From: Opitutia bacterium
Lineage (GTDB): Bacteria; Verrucomicrobiota; Verrucomicrobiia; Opitutales; Opitutaceae
Length of the DNA: 64,000 nucleotides
Assembly: GCA_947478395.1 (NCBI GenBank)
Contig: CANJVR010000008.1
Location: forward strand, 49,285 to 113,284
Direction of reading: 5' to 3'
In this document: positions 10,616 through 19,861 of the stretch, in pieces
Position numbering within the stretch: the first letter of the stretch is position 1
How the letters are laid out: the number at the start of each line of letters is the position of its first letter
Notes under the pieces: model-generated
What the model was told of the DNA's origin: nothing
Database searches by the model: none
The model's input: only the letters and a program-made list of their open reading frames with translations
Position numbers and translations under genes: made by a program

Positions 10616-11299
10616 TCACCAGGAAAATTCGCTGGTTTCGTGCCGGTCTTTTTTCCGGATGGGTTTTTCCGGCGGTGGTTGATCGACGCGGACCATTTCG
10701 CCCGGATAGGGAACGCAGTGAGCTAGGACGCGATCGGCCACCATCGGCTCGGCGCCGATCCAAGTGTGCGGGCCTTCGGCGGAAAGGATCACTGGCATTC
10801 GGTCGTGCGGCAGGGCGGCGATCAGCGCGTTGGGCTTCGTGGTGACGATGGCAAAGCCCCGTCCTTTTTTGTCGGGGTCATCGGCCCACACGCCGGCAAA
10901 GTAGAAATTTTTCTCCCCGGGCAGGTGAAAGAGCACCTGCCATTTATGGCCCTTCGGTCCCGCCCACTCGAAGAAACCGTCGGCGGGGATGAGGCATCGG
11001 CCGTGATTCACGGACCACCGCCAAATGTTTTTTGAGAAAAGGGCGTCGTCGCGGGCGTTGACGACTGGCCGGCTCGGTAGAGTTTTCTCGTGGTGCGGCC
11101 AGACGCCCCAGCGCATGGAGGTTAACCGCCGCGCGCCGGCGTCCGCGTAGATCACGGGCATCCGGTGCTTGGAATAACCATACGTGTCGCCGGGAAAATC
11201 CGCGTCGAAATCACGGCGGTCCGATACCATCGAGCCCCACTCTTGGAGTAGGAGTTCGCGCCGCTCAGCGCTCTTGCTCGCTTGGTATCGATTACACAT
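10616..11299 (-). CDS. SOS response-associated peptidase (SRAP, HMCES/YedK family abasic-site protein)
   Basis: MCNRY N-terminal Cys2; NAR; RCLIPADGFFEW; HDRMPVIL. Confidence 0.9.
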   Translation of the reverse strand: MCNRYQASKSAERRELLLQEWGSMVSDRRDFDADFPGDTYGYSKHRMPVIYADAGARRLTSMRWGVWPHHEKTLPSRPVVNARDDALFSKNIWRWSVNHGRCLIPADGFFEWAGPKGHKWQVLFHLPGEKNFYFAGVWADDPDKKGRGFAIVTTKPNALIAALPHDRMPVILSAEGPHTWIGAEPMVADRVLAHCVPYPGEMVRVDQPPPEKPIRKKDRHETSEFSW

Positions 11300-11374
11300 G
11301 GCGCAAGCAGGGCGGCCGGACGCGGTGGGGGAAAATGTCGGCGCGGCTCGACCGCGTGCGATGCTGGCTTCGGC

Positions 11375-11899
11375 TTAGCTGGCCGGGACGAGCTTCACGC
11401 TTTCGAGGGCGACGCGCTCGATCGGGGTGCTCTTTTCGCCGCCGCCGCCGGACTTGGTAGGGACGTTGGCCAATTTTTCCAGCACGTCATCGCCCGCGAC
11501 GATTTCACCGAAGGCGGTGTACTGGCGGTCGAGAAATTTCGCGTCGCCATGGACGAGGAAAAACTGGGAACCAGCCGAATCGGGATCTGAGGAGCGCGCC
11601 ATCGAGATGACGCCGCGCACGTGCGACTTGGCATTGAACTCCGCCTTCACCTGCCAGCCGGGACCGCCCGTGCCGGGCATGCCTTTTTCGCCGGCCTTGG
11701 TGTTGGGGCAGCCGCCTTGGATCATGAATCCCTTGATGATGCGGTGAAACGCGGTGCCGTCATAAAAGCCCGAACGCGCGAGCTTCTTGAAATTCTCCAC
11801 GGTCTTCGGCGCGACATCGGACCAGAAGGCGATCGTGATGTCGCCGTACGACGTTTTGAGGACAGCATTTTCTTTAACCGAGGGCTTGGGAGTGCTCAT
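11375..11899 (-). CDS. Cyclophilin-type peptidyl-prolyl cis-trans isomerase
   Basis: FYDGTAFHRIIKGFMIQGG; SMARSSDPDSAGSQFF; YTAFG; start taken at MSTPKP. Confidence 0.93.
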   Translation of the reverse strand: MSTPKPSVKENAVLKTSYGDITIAFWSDVAPKTVENFKKLARSGFYDGTAFHRIIKGFMIQGGCPNTKAGEKGMPGTGGPGWQVKAEFNAKSHVRGVISMARSSDPDSAGSQFFLVHGDAKFLDRQYTAFGEIVAGDDVLEKLANVPTKSGGGGEKSTPIERVALESVKLVPAS

Positions 11900-12117
11900 T
11901 AGAAGGGCCAGCGAACCGGTCGCTTTTCCGCGCGGCAAGACCAATTTCGCTGACGGGATTTTGACCTCTGCTTCCCACCGAGAGCAGGCTGGCGCGGATG
12001 CGGCCTCGGGCTCGATCGCCAGGGCTGCCACCGATTGCCGCCGCGGCGGTTTAACCATCGTGGTCACAGCCCTGGCGTCGCCGAGATGGGGGAGCCGCGC
12101 GTTGTCCGGCGAACTTA

Positions 12118-12252
12118 CTAGAGGGGTTTAGAAAAAGCCTCGCTGCGAGCGACGTAGCAGCAGGCGTCCCTGCCTGCCGAAACGAGGACGCCGAACCCGG
12201 CAGGCAGGGACGCCTGCCGCTACAAAAATCGGTCACGGAAAAGCTAAAGCGG
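12118..12252. repeat. MITE/REP-like element, copy B
   Basis: CTAGAGGGGTTTAG left end; GTAG...CTAC hairpin at 12154-12223; CGGTCACGGAAAAGCTAAAG right arm overlaps the neighbouring stop codon. Confidence 0.8.
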
Positions 12253-13089
12253 AAATTCCGCGACGATGCGCCCCGGGTGAAACTCTCCACGGCGCGGAAC
12301 GACGCGGCGGACAACGAGCCGGTCATCGCCGATGTCGACCGCCCAGGCGCCGAACGGGCGGCTGAAGGATCCGGTGTTGATCACCGTGACGCCGGACCGC
12401 GTGGTCCAGCAGCCGGGTTGGTGGAGATGACCGATCAGCGCGAATTTTGCGGCGGGACGGTGCACAGCGGTGATCGCGGCCGCGCGTTCCGGGGTCTCGC
12501 GCCACGCCTGCAGAATGCTCAAGGCCCGCGAGGGCGGCCACATCGTATCGGCCGCCAGACGCAGCGCGTGTTTGAAGGGGTTGGGTTCCGCTTGATGGCG
12601 TTGCGGAATCGACGCGCACACGCGGCGAAAAAGTTGGAGACGCGGCTCGAGCTGCTGGCGTTCGGACTCTGGCATTTGGGCCAGCCCGGCCTGGATGCGG
12701 TCCGAGATCGTCGCGGCGTCCCGGCTCCACGGGACGATGTTTTCGAAAATGATATCGCCGTGCGTCACGAAGACCCGACCGGCCGCCAGATCGATTGCGT
12801 GATACGGGGAAATATCCGGATCATGATTGCCGGTGACAAACGTGACCGGGCCCGAGCTGCGGTTGAAAAACTCGGTGACGGCTGCCAGGTCGCGCGCGGT
12901 CGCCGCCGCGTGCGGGCCAATGCGGGTGTCGATCGTGTCGCCGTTGAGAATCACGCGGTCGACGTCAGCCAGCAAAGGCCGCAATTGCCCCAGCGAACGC
13001 ACGGTGCTCATCCGGTCGCCGTAGTGAATGTCGGAGAAAATGCGGATGAGTGCGGCCACGGTAAAAGGGCAATAAAAACGCCGGGCCAA
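12244..13089 (-). CDS. Calcineurin-like metallophosphoesterase
   Basis: SDIH, NGD, GNHD, THGD and GHLH motifs; the true start may be the GTG near 13059. Confidence 0.85.
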   Translation of the reverse strand: MARRFYCPFTVAALIRIFSDIHYGDRMSTVRSLGQLRPLLADVDRVILNGDTIDTRIGPHAAATARDLAAVTEFFNRSSGPVTFVTGNHDPDISPYHAIDLAAGRVFVTHGDIIFENIVPWSRDAATISDRIQAGLAQMPESERQQLEPRLQLFRRVCASIPQRHQAEPNPFKHALRLAADTMWPPSRALSILQAWRETPERAAAITAVHRPAAKFALIGHLHQPGCWTTRSGVTVINTGSFSRPFGAWAVDIGDDRLVVRRVVPRRGEFHPGRIVAEFPL

Positions 13090-13281
13090 AGAGCGGCAAC
13101 GCTTTTGGCGGACAACAAAAAGGTCGCGGCGAAAACTGCGGCCGGAACGACCGACGCGTGCGCGGAAGAAGGCGGGGATAAATTTTCACGTGGGCCCAGA
13201 ATTAAAAAATGGGACGGCGCAGACCATAATCCTTGGTTTCGGGTCTTGCCTGCGTGACGACGGCGGCGTGAATTTCGGCGC

Positions 13282-13782
13282 ATGGCTCTCTACGGTTCGC
13301 TTTCCACCCTGCGCGCTCAATTGACCCGGCCGGAACATTTCGCGGCGGCGTTTGCCTTCGTCGAGGAAGCCGGTCGTGCGGGCAGTGCGGCGCATCGGCA
13401 ACTCTTTGGGCTCGCCGCGGGCCAGACCGAGCGCACCGAGCTGGCGGGCGGCGCGTTTGCCCTCTCGCAGGTTTATCTGACCAAGCCGCGCGCGGAGGGA
13501 AAGTGGGAGACGCACCGCGCCTACATCGATGTCCAGGCGGTATACGCTGGTGACGAGACCATGGAGATCGCCGATCGCGACCGGCTCGTGCTGGCCGAGG
13601 ATCTCACGCCGGCGCGGGACGTGATTTTTTATCAGCCGTTTGAGCGGGGCAGCGTCCTGCGTTTTGGGCCGGGTTCGGTAGGCGTTTATTTTCCGCCGGA
13701 CGCCCACATGGGCGGCCTCGCGATTGCCGCGCCGGTGCTGGTGCGCAAGGTGGTCGTCAAGGTGCCGGTACTTTCGGCGTGA
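13282..13782 (+). CDS. YhcH/YjgK/YiaL (NanQ-like) family protein
   Basis: WETHRAYIDVQ; FPPDAH; RKVVVKVPV C-terminus. Confidence 0.88.
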   Translation: MALYGSLSTLRAQLTRPEHFAAAFAFVEEAGRAGSAAHRQLFGLAAGQTERTELAGGAFALSQVYLTKPRAEGKWETHRAYIDVQAVYAGDETMEIADRDRLVLAEDLTPARDVIFYQPFERGSVLRFGPGSVGVYFPPDAHMGGLAIAAPVLVRKVVVKVPVLSA

Positions 13783-14675
13783 ATTACCGCCACCATTTTC
13801 ACGCCGGCAACTTCGCCGATGTGATGAAGCACGCGCTTCTCGTGCAGCTCGCGCGTGCTCTGCAGAAAAAGGAAAAAGGTTTTCTTTACCTCGACACGCA
13901 CGCCGGCCGCGGGGCCTACGATTTGGAGGCGGCCGCTACGGGCGATTCGCTGGCGCGAACGCCCGAATGGCCGGAGGGCATCGGCCGCTTGTGGTCGGCG
14001 GCGCGCGACGTGGAGAACGCGGAAGCGACGGGAGAAAAATTTCCGGCGTCGCTGGCGGACTATGTGGCGCTCGTCCGGGAGTTTGACCGCCGGGAGGGCA
14101 ACCGTGCGCTTTTACCCCGTTACTATCCCGGTTCGCCGAGTCTGATCGATTTGATCGCGCGGCCACAGGAGAGGTTGATGTTGTGCGAGCGCCAGCCGGC
14201 GGAGGCGGCGGCGCTGCAGGAAAATTTTCAGTTCAAGCTCGGCGTGCGCGTGCGGGCGGGCGATGGCTACGCCTCGTTGCGGGCCATGCTCCCGCCGCCG
14301 GAGAAACGGGCGCTGGTGCTGATTGATCCTCCGTTCGAGGCGCAAGACGAGTGGGCGCAGATCGTGGCGGCGTTGAAGGAAGGGCTCCGCCGTTTTCCGA
14401 GTGGGGTGTACGCGATCTGGTACCCGCTGACCGAGCGGGCGAAGGTGGATTTTTTCTTCGCGGAACTGCAGGCGCTCGATTTGCCGCCCACGCTCGCGGT
14501 GGAATTGGTGGTGAATCCCGCGGCGTTAAAGATGAAAGGCTGTGGCTTGGTGATCGTGAATCCGCCGTGGCAGTTTGCCGGTGAGGCGGAGACGACAGTG
14601 AAATTTCTGGCCCGTGTGCTCGCGCAGGGCGCCGGTGCGCGGGGCGATGCGATCTGGCTCGTGTCCGAGAAGTGA
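13779..14675 (+). CDS. rlmJ: 23S rRNA (adenine2030-N6)-methyltransferase RlmJ
   Basis: NYRHHFHAGNFADVMKH; DTHAGRG; YPGSP; IDPPFE; WYPL; GTGA overlap with the upstream gene. Confidence 0.93.
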   Translation: MNYRHHFHAGNFADVMKHALLVQLARALQKKEKGFLYLDTHAGRGAYDLEAAATGDSLARTPEWPEGIGRLWSAARDVENAEATGEKFPASLADYVALVREFDRREGNRALLPRYYPGSPSLIDLIARPQERLMLCERQPAEAAALQENFQFKLGVRVRAGDGYASLRAMLPPPEKRALVLIDPPFEAQDEWAQIVAALKEGLRRFPSGVYAIWYPLTERAKVDFFFAELQALDLPPTLAVELVVNPAALKMKGCGLVIVNPPWQFAGEAETTVKFLARVLAQGAGARGDAIWLVSEK

Positions 14676-14708
14676 GGCGGAGCGGGACGGAGTTGAGCGG
14701 AATCAGGG

Positions 14709-14828
14709 TTTTGGCCACGAAGAGGCCCGAAAATTTCCAGGGTGCTGCAACGCGTCGATGCACCTACAGGCGCGCACGGGAAATGGTCAGAGGAGGTAAA
14801 TAATTTTTGTGCCTCTTCATGGCCAAAA
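14709..14828. repeat. 26-bp inverted repeat pair (MITE-like)
   Basis: TTTTGGCCACGAAGAGGCCCGAAAAT (14709-14734) matches the reverse complement of 14803-14828 with 3 mismatches. Confidence 0.6.
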
Positions 14829-14952
14829 ATTCCGGATGGATTGCAGGTTTAAAGTGCAGCGATGGGCATCGCGGTGCGGAAGGCCAAGGCCATGCGAGAC
14901 AGGCCGGCCTCGTGCTGCCCGGCGCTGAGGTTGCGCTGGGCGGGCTCCGTTC

Positions 14953-15150
14953 TTAGCGCGACGCGGTGAAGTTCGTGACGGGCGCGACCAACGGAAATTC
15001 CGCTGCATCGACCGCCGGCGCGTTGATCCTCAAGGGCGGCGCGCGAAAGATGGGCCGGTTCCAAATCATATCTTCCCGCGTGACCATCTGAACGATGGCC
15101 GGCTTTTCAGCCGGCAGCTGAAGGCGAAAATTTGGAAGTGGAATAGGCAT
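14953..15150 (-). CDS. Possible small hypothetical protein (65 aa)
   Basis: ATG at 15150 in an otherwise empty intergenic region; no recognisable motif. Confidence 0.3.
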   Translation of the reverse strand: MPIPLPNFRLQLPAEKPAIVQMVTREDMIWNRPIFRAPPLRINAPAVDAAEFPLVAPVTNFTASR

Positions 15151-15362
15151 GGCGGGGTACGAGACAGAGATCAGCTGAAAAAGTGCCCGCTGAATAAATT
15201 TTGAGATGAAAAAAATCAACAGGGCTCGGTGCGCGTTGCGCAAAAAAGCGGCCTTGCGCCCTGCTTGGGCACCTCCATTAACGTTCAGTTTCCTCGTTTG
15301 CCCCACGAAAACCCCAGCGTCCATTCACGACGCATTCGGTCCTGCTTCAATCCTCCCTAAAT

Positions 15363-16619
15363 ATGAAACCATCCCGTCTCTTCGCGGCCAGTTGTGTCGC
15401 TTTGATTGTCACAGCCATGAGTTTTGCCCTGCGTGCCAGTGCCGCGGGAGCGTGGGCCACTGAATTTAAGCTGTCGTTCACTCAGGTCGGAGTGGTCAAC
15501 AGCACGGCCTTCTGGGGCTTTACCCTCGCGATCATTTTTGGTGGACCCCTGTGCGATGCGGTCGGCATGAAACGGATCATGTGGCTGGCGTGGTTGGGCC
15601 ACGTTGCGGGTATTTTGCTCACAATTTTCGCTTGGAACTATTGGAGTCTGTTTGCCGGCACGTTGATTTTTGGCATCGCCAACGGCTCGGTCGAAGCGGT
15701 CTGCAATCCGCTGATCGCCTCGCTTTATCCGAGCGATCGCACCACGAAGTTGAATCACTTTCACTCGTGGTTCCCGGGCGGTATTGTGATCGGCGGCCTG
15801 ACGGCGCTCGCCTTGGAGAAGTTCGGTTGGAAGGTACAGTTTGCAACGATGCTGATCCCGCTCGCGGTCTACGGCTTGATGTTTCTGGGGCAAACGTTCC
15901 CCCGCACGGAACGCGTGGAGCAGGGCGTGTCGACCGGTTCGATGTTCGGCGCCTGCCTCAATCCCATATTCCTCCTCATGGTCGCCTGTATGTTGATGAC
16001 GGCCGCGACGGAGTTCGGTGCGCAGAATTGGATTCCGACGATTTTGAGCAATGCGGGGGTGTCTGGAACGCTCGTGCTGGTTTGGATCACCGGCCTGATG
16101 TGGGCAGGCCGGCAATTTGCCGGCGTGTTCGTGCACCGCGTTTCGCCTCCAGGGATGCTGGTGCTGAGTGCGGTTTTGAGCGCGCTCGGTCTCTACGCGA
16201 TGAGCAAATCCTCGGGCGTGCCGCTTTTTGGTGCGGCCACGGTATTTGCTTTGGGCGTCACGTTTTTCTGGCCCACCATGCTGGGAACGGTGAGCGAGCG
16301 TTTCCCGAAAACGGGCGCACTCGGTCTCGCGATCATGGGTGGCGCGGGCATGCTCAGCGCCAGTTACGTAGTGCCGTTGGTCGGCGCCTGGTTCGACAAG
16401 GCCATCGCGGTGCGCCTACCGGCGGGTCAGACGGTGGAAACTTTCTCGGCCGCGCCAGCCGGTAGCGCGCTGGCGACGCAGTGGACGCAACTTCAGGCCT
16501 CCGCAGGTTTGGAGGCGCTGGGCTCGCTGACGGTGATTCCAGCTGCACTCGCGATCGTATTTCTAGCTCTTCTTCTTTTGTGGCGCAACAAACCGGTCCC
16601 TTCCGTTTCCGCGTCCTGA
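15363..16619 (+). CDS. MFS transporter (sugar permease-like)
   Basis: About 12 hydrophobic segments; GPLCDAVGMKR motif A-like; NGSVEAVCNPLIA. Confidence 0.88.
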   Translation: MKPSRLFAASCVALIVTAMSFALRASAAGAWATEFKLSFTQVGVVNSTAFWGFTLAIIFGGPLCDAVGMKRIMWLAWLGHVAGILLTIFAWNYWSLFAGTLIFGIANGSVEAVCNPLIASLYPSDRTTKLNHFHSWFPGGIVIGGLTALALEKFGWKVQFATMLIPLAVYGLMFLGQTFPRTERVEQGVSTGSMFGACLNPIFLLMVACMLMTAATEFGAQNWIPTILSNAGVSGTLVLVWITGLMWAGRQFAGVFVHRVSPPGMLVLSAVLSALGLYAMSKSSGVPLFGAATVFALGVTFFWPTMLGTVSERFPKTGALGLAIMGGAGMLSASYVVPLVGAWFDKAIAVRLPAGQTVETFSAAPAGSALATQWTQLQASAGLEALGSLTVIPAALAIVFLALLLLWRNKPVPSVSAS

Positions 16620-16650
16620 TGGTCTGATGACCCTGCTGGAACCCATTCAG

Positions 16651-16683
16651 AAATAGCCCGCCGCAAGGCGGGCTATTTTTTTT
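16651..16683. terminator. Rho-independent terminator, probably bidirectional
   Basis: AAATAGCCCGCC-GCAA-GGCGGGCTATTT plus T-tract, between the convergent MFS and hsp20 genes. Confidence 0.9.
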
Positions 16684-16795
16684 CGCTCAGCCGGATGGCC
16701 GCGCGGGCTCCGGGCCGTTGCAGAGCGGGTGAGACGTACGCCAGCTGTGAGGCTAAAGTACGCGTTCACGCGCTCTTCAAACGGTCGGAGCAAAG

Positions 16796-17203
16796 TTAGG
16801 CGGCGACCCGTTTGAACGGATTTGCGGTTTCGCCGAACGCCGGAGCGCGTTTCGGCAAATTCACGGTGAGGACGCCGTCATGGACTTCGGCGGCCATCGC
16901 CGCGTAGTCGAAGCCGCCGCCCAACCGCAGGCGCAGCTGGTAGTCGCGTTGCGCGCTCTCAAGGTGGGCGGACTGCCAGTTCACGCGCACGAAATGAGCC
17001 TTTCGGGCGGTGATGACCAAATCGGGTCCACGGGCTTCGATGTCGATGCCCGCGGCTTCCACGCCTGGCACGTACACGGCCAGTTTCACGCGATCAGGCT
17101 GGTCGCGGCAGTCGTAGTTCGGCTGGCGGAAAGCGTGCAGGTTGGCTGCTTCCGTTGGGCGAGTGCGACTGGCGGGACTGGGCGGACGGATGATCGTGTG
17201 CAT
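16796..17203 (-). CDS. Hsp20/alpha-crystallin family small heat-shock protein
   Basis: VYVPGV..IDI; A.VHDGVLTVNLPK signature; ends in VAA. Confidence 0.85.
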   Translation of the reverse strand: MHTIIRPPSPASRTRPTEAANLHAFRQPNYDCRDQPDRVKLAVYVPGVEAAGIDIEARGPDLVITARKAHFVRVNWQSAHLESAQRDYQLRLRLGGGFDYAAMAAEVHDGVLTVNLPKRAPAFGETANPFKRVAA

Positions 17204-17361
17204 GGAAGGAAAATCTGAAATTTAAAATCTGAAATCGGAGCGTCGAAAAATTTTAACGGGAGAAAATTGGGAGGAGGGAAATGGTTTAAAGCGGTGGCTT
17301 CCTGGGACCTTTAGGGTTCCGGGCTTCTTGGTGGTCTAAACTCTTCCGTGAGTGCGGAGGT

Positions 17362-17499
17362 TTAGTTTAAGAAGCCCGCTGGGGTCGTTTTCTGGCTCCA
17401 ATGGGAGACGACCGGGCGCATCTGGGCGCAGCACGTTTGCACGGCCTTCGTAAACGAAGTGCCGGCGTGGCTGCGGAGATGTTGTTGGGCCAAGGTCAT
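17362..17499 (-). CDS. Putative 45-aa small protein or leader peptide upstream of hsp20
   Basis: ATG about 30 nt downstream of a sigma-54-like promoter; MTLAQQHLRSHAGTSFTKAVQTCCAQ... Confidence 0.4.
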   Translation of the reverse strand: MTLAQQHLRSHAGTSFTKAVQTCCAQMRPVVSHWSQKTTPAGFLN

Positions 17500-17528
17500 G
17501 GGAGCGATTTCTCTGACGAAACAATAAA

Positions 17529-17545
17529 TGCAGGCCGCGTGCCAA
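17529..17545 (-). promoter_or_regulatory. Sigma-54 (RpoN) -24/-12 promoter
   Basis: Minus strand reads TTGGCACGCGGCCTGCA, with exact GG-N10-GC spacing. Confidence 0.65.
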
Positions 17546-17607
17546 GCCGCAAAAATTTTGTACGCGTGAAGATTGTGTGACGCGGCGCGCCCGACCAAAA
17601 TGGTCGC

Positions 17608-17982
17608 ATGTCTTCTCTCTCCGATGCGACCACAACCGTGGACGAACTCAAAAATCGCGTGCTGGCCTTCGCGCGGGTCCGGGACTGGGAACAGTTTCAT
17701 GCGCCCAAAAATCTCAGCATGGCGCTCGCAACCGAGGCTGGGGAGCTCATGGAGCACTTTCTTTGGGCCTCGCCGGAACAGTCGCGGCAGATCGTCGCTG
17801 ACCCGGTCAAGCGGGCGAAAATCGCCGAAGAACTCGCGGATGTCGTCATCTACGCCTTGGAGTTCGCCAATATTACGGGCCTCGACGTGGCCGCGGCGAT
17901 CGAAACTAAGATGGCGGCCAACGCCCAAAAATATCCCGTGGAAAAAGCGAAGGGCCGGTCCGACAAATATACGGAGCTGTAA
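17608..17982 (+). CDS. MazG-like nucleotide pyrophosphohydrolase (DCTPP1-like)
   Basis: RDWEQFHAPKNL; EAGELME; EELADV; N..KYP. Confidence 0.9.
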   Translation: MSSLSDATTTVDELKNRVLAFARVRDWEQFHAPKNLSMALATEAGELMEHFLWASPEQSRQIVADPVKRAKIAEELADVVIYALEFANITGLDVAAAIETKMAANAQKYPVEKAKGRSDKYTEL

Positions 17983-18095
17983 TCGAGAGCGTTTTAAGTT
18001 TTTCCGCGGCCTGCCGAAACGACGAGGCTGAACCCGGCAGGCAGGGACGCCTGCCGCTGCTTGGTTCGCGGCTACGCTTTGGTTAAACTGCTCGC
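17983..18095. repeat. MITE/REP-like element, copy C (internally deleted)
   Basis: GAGAGCGTTTTAAGTTTTTCCGCGGCC, then CGGCAGGCAGGGACGCCTGCCGCT, then GGCTACGCTTTGGTTAAACTGCTC. Confidence 0.75.
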
Positions 18096-18100
18096 CGCCC

Positions 18101-18994
18101 TCAGCCCACCAGCGCGTTCGCCGTGTTCAGATGCTCGATGCCGGTATACTTTTGCGACTGCTCGTCGGCGTGATAACTTGATCTTACCATCGCGCCGCTT
18201 TCGACGACGCCGATGCCAAGGCCGAGGCCGAATTGTTTCCAGTGAGCGAACTCGTCCGGATGCGCCCACCGCTCGACCTTTAGATGCTGGGGCGTGGGCT
18301 GAAGATACTGCCCGATGGTCAGGATGTCGGTCCGGTCGCTCGCGATGTCGCGCAGCGTTTGTTCGATTTCGGCCGGCTGCTCACCGAGACCGAGCATGAT
18401 GCCGGTCTTCGTGGTGAAACCGCGGGACTTCGCGTGTTGGAGTACGCTGCGCGAGCGATCATAGCGGGCCTGCACGCGTACGGGCTTTTGCAGGCGCTCC
18501 ACGGTTTCCAGGTTGTGATTGAAAATATCGGGCTTCGCGTCGAGGACGGTGTCGAGGTCGGTGAGTCGGCCTTTCCAATCGGGGGTAAGCACCTCGATCG
18601 CGGTCTGCGGATTGCGGTGACGGATGGCGCGGATGGTGGCAGCCCAGACGGCCGCGCCGCCGTCGGCGAGTTCATCGCGGGCAACACTCGTGATCACGCA
18701 ATGGCGAAGTCCCATCTTGGCGACGGCATCGGCGACCCGCGCGGGTTCGCCGAGATCGAGTTCTGTGGGACGGCCGGTTTGGATCGCGCAGAAATTACAG
18801 GAACGCGTGCAGATGTTGCCGAGGATCATCAGCGTGGCCGTGCCGCGTGACCAACATTCGCCTAGGTTCGGACACTGCGCGCTCTGGCAGACCGTGTGGA
18901 GCTTGTGTTCGTCCACGAGCGAACGGACGGCATGGTAGCCGGGGCCGCTGGGCAGTTTGGCGCGGAGCCAGGAGGGTTTGCGCGAGGTGTCCAT
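18101..18994 (-). CDS. lipA: Lipoyl synthase
   Basis: CQSAQCPNLGEC; radical-SAM CTRSCNFC; RSSYHA. Confidence 0.97.
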   Translation of the reverse strand: MDTSRKPSWLRAKLPSGPGYHAVRSLVDEHKLHTVCQSAQCPNLGECWSRGTATLMILGNICTRSCNFCAIQTGRPTELDLGEPARVADAVAKMGLRHCVITSVARDELADGGAAVWAATIRAIRHRNPQTAIEVLTPDWKGRLTDLDTVLDAKPDIFNHNLETVERLQKPVRVQARYDRSRSVLQHAKSRGFTTKTGIMLGLGEQPAEIEQTLRDIASDRTDILTIGQYLQPTPQHLKVERWAHPDEFAHWKQFGLGLGIGVVESGAMVRSSYHADEQSQKYTGIEHLNTANALVG

Positions 18995-19078
18995 TTAGGA
19001 ATGAAGAGAGGAGTTAACCACGGATTGCACGGATGAACACGGCTTTTTTCTGTAAACAGAGTGGGCGAGGAAATCGCT

Positions 19079-19801
19079 TTACCGGGTTTTAGTCACGACT
19101 TCCGTCGCTAAAAACTCCGGGAGCGCCGACCAGAATTCCCGCCCGAGGACGCGTTTTACCTCTGCCAAATCGAGTTCATGGCCGAACTCGGCTTGCAACG
19201 ACGTCACCGTGCCTTCGCCGGCGCTGATCCCGCACGGCACGATGCCGGCGAAATGGGGGAGGTGGGCGTTCACGTTAAGCGCGAAGCCGTGGTAAGTAAC
19301 CCAGCGCTTCACGGCAACGCCGACGGCGGCGACTTTGCGCGAGCCCAACCAGATGCCTGTGAGTCCGGGCCGGCGGCTCGCGGCGAGGCCGAGCGAACCG
19401 ACCGCGTTGATCACGACCTGCTCCAGAAAGCGAAGATAGGCGTGCAGATCCTTGTGCGTCGTGAGCGAGACGATGGGATAGCCGACAATCTGTCCCGGTC
19501 CATGATACGTGATGTCACCACCACGGTTGGTTTTCGCGACCTCGACGCCGGCCTCGGCCAGCTGCGCCTCGTTCCAAACGAGATGCTGTTCCGCTCCGGC
19601 GCGCAGGCCGATCGTGAAAACCGGTTCATGTTCGGTAAACACGAGCGTGTCAGCGATGTCACCGGCAAGGCGGCGAGTCACGAGTTCAGCCTGCCGCTGT
19701 GAGGCGTCCGCATAACGCGTGCGACCCCAGTCGAGCACGGGGCCCGGCGAGGTCGGTTTTGAAGCGGCGGCGATTTCAAGCACGGGGTTTACTGCACCCA
19801 T
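19079..19801 (-). CDS. lipB: Octanoyltransferase
   Basis: EHEPVFTIG; RGGDITYHGPGQ; HGFALNV; IVPCG. Confidence 0.96.
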   Translation of the reverse strand: MGAVNPVLEIAAASKPTSPGPVLDWGRTRYADASQRQAELVTRRLAGDIADTLVFTEHEPVFTIGLRAGAEQHLVWNEAQLAEAGVEVAKTNRGGDITYHGPGQIVGYPIVSLTTHKDLHAYLRFLEQVVINAVGSLGLAASRRPGLTGIWLGSRKVAAVGVAVKRWVTYHGFALNVNAHLPHFAGIVPCGISAGEGTVTSLQAEFGHELDLAEVKRVLGREFWSALPEFLATEVVTKTR

Positions 19802-19861
19802 TTCAGGCTGCGGCGCAATCTCCCCCTTGCAGCCGGCATCAATCGATTTTTCGGGTGAACG

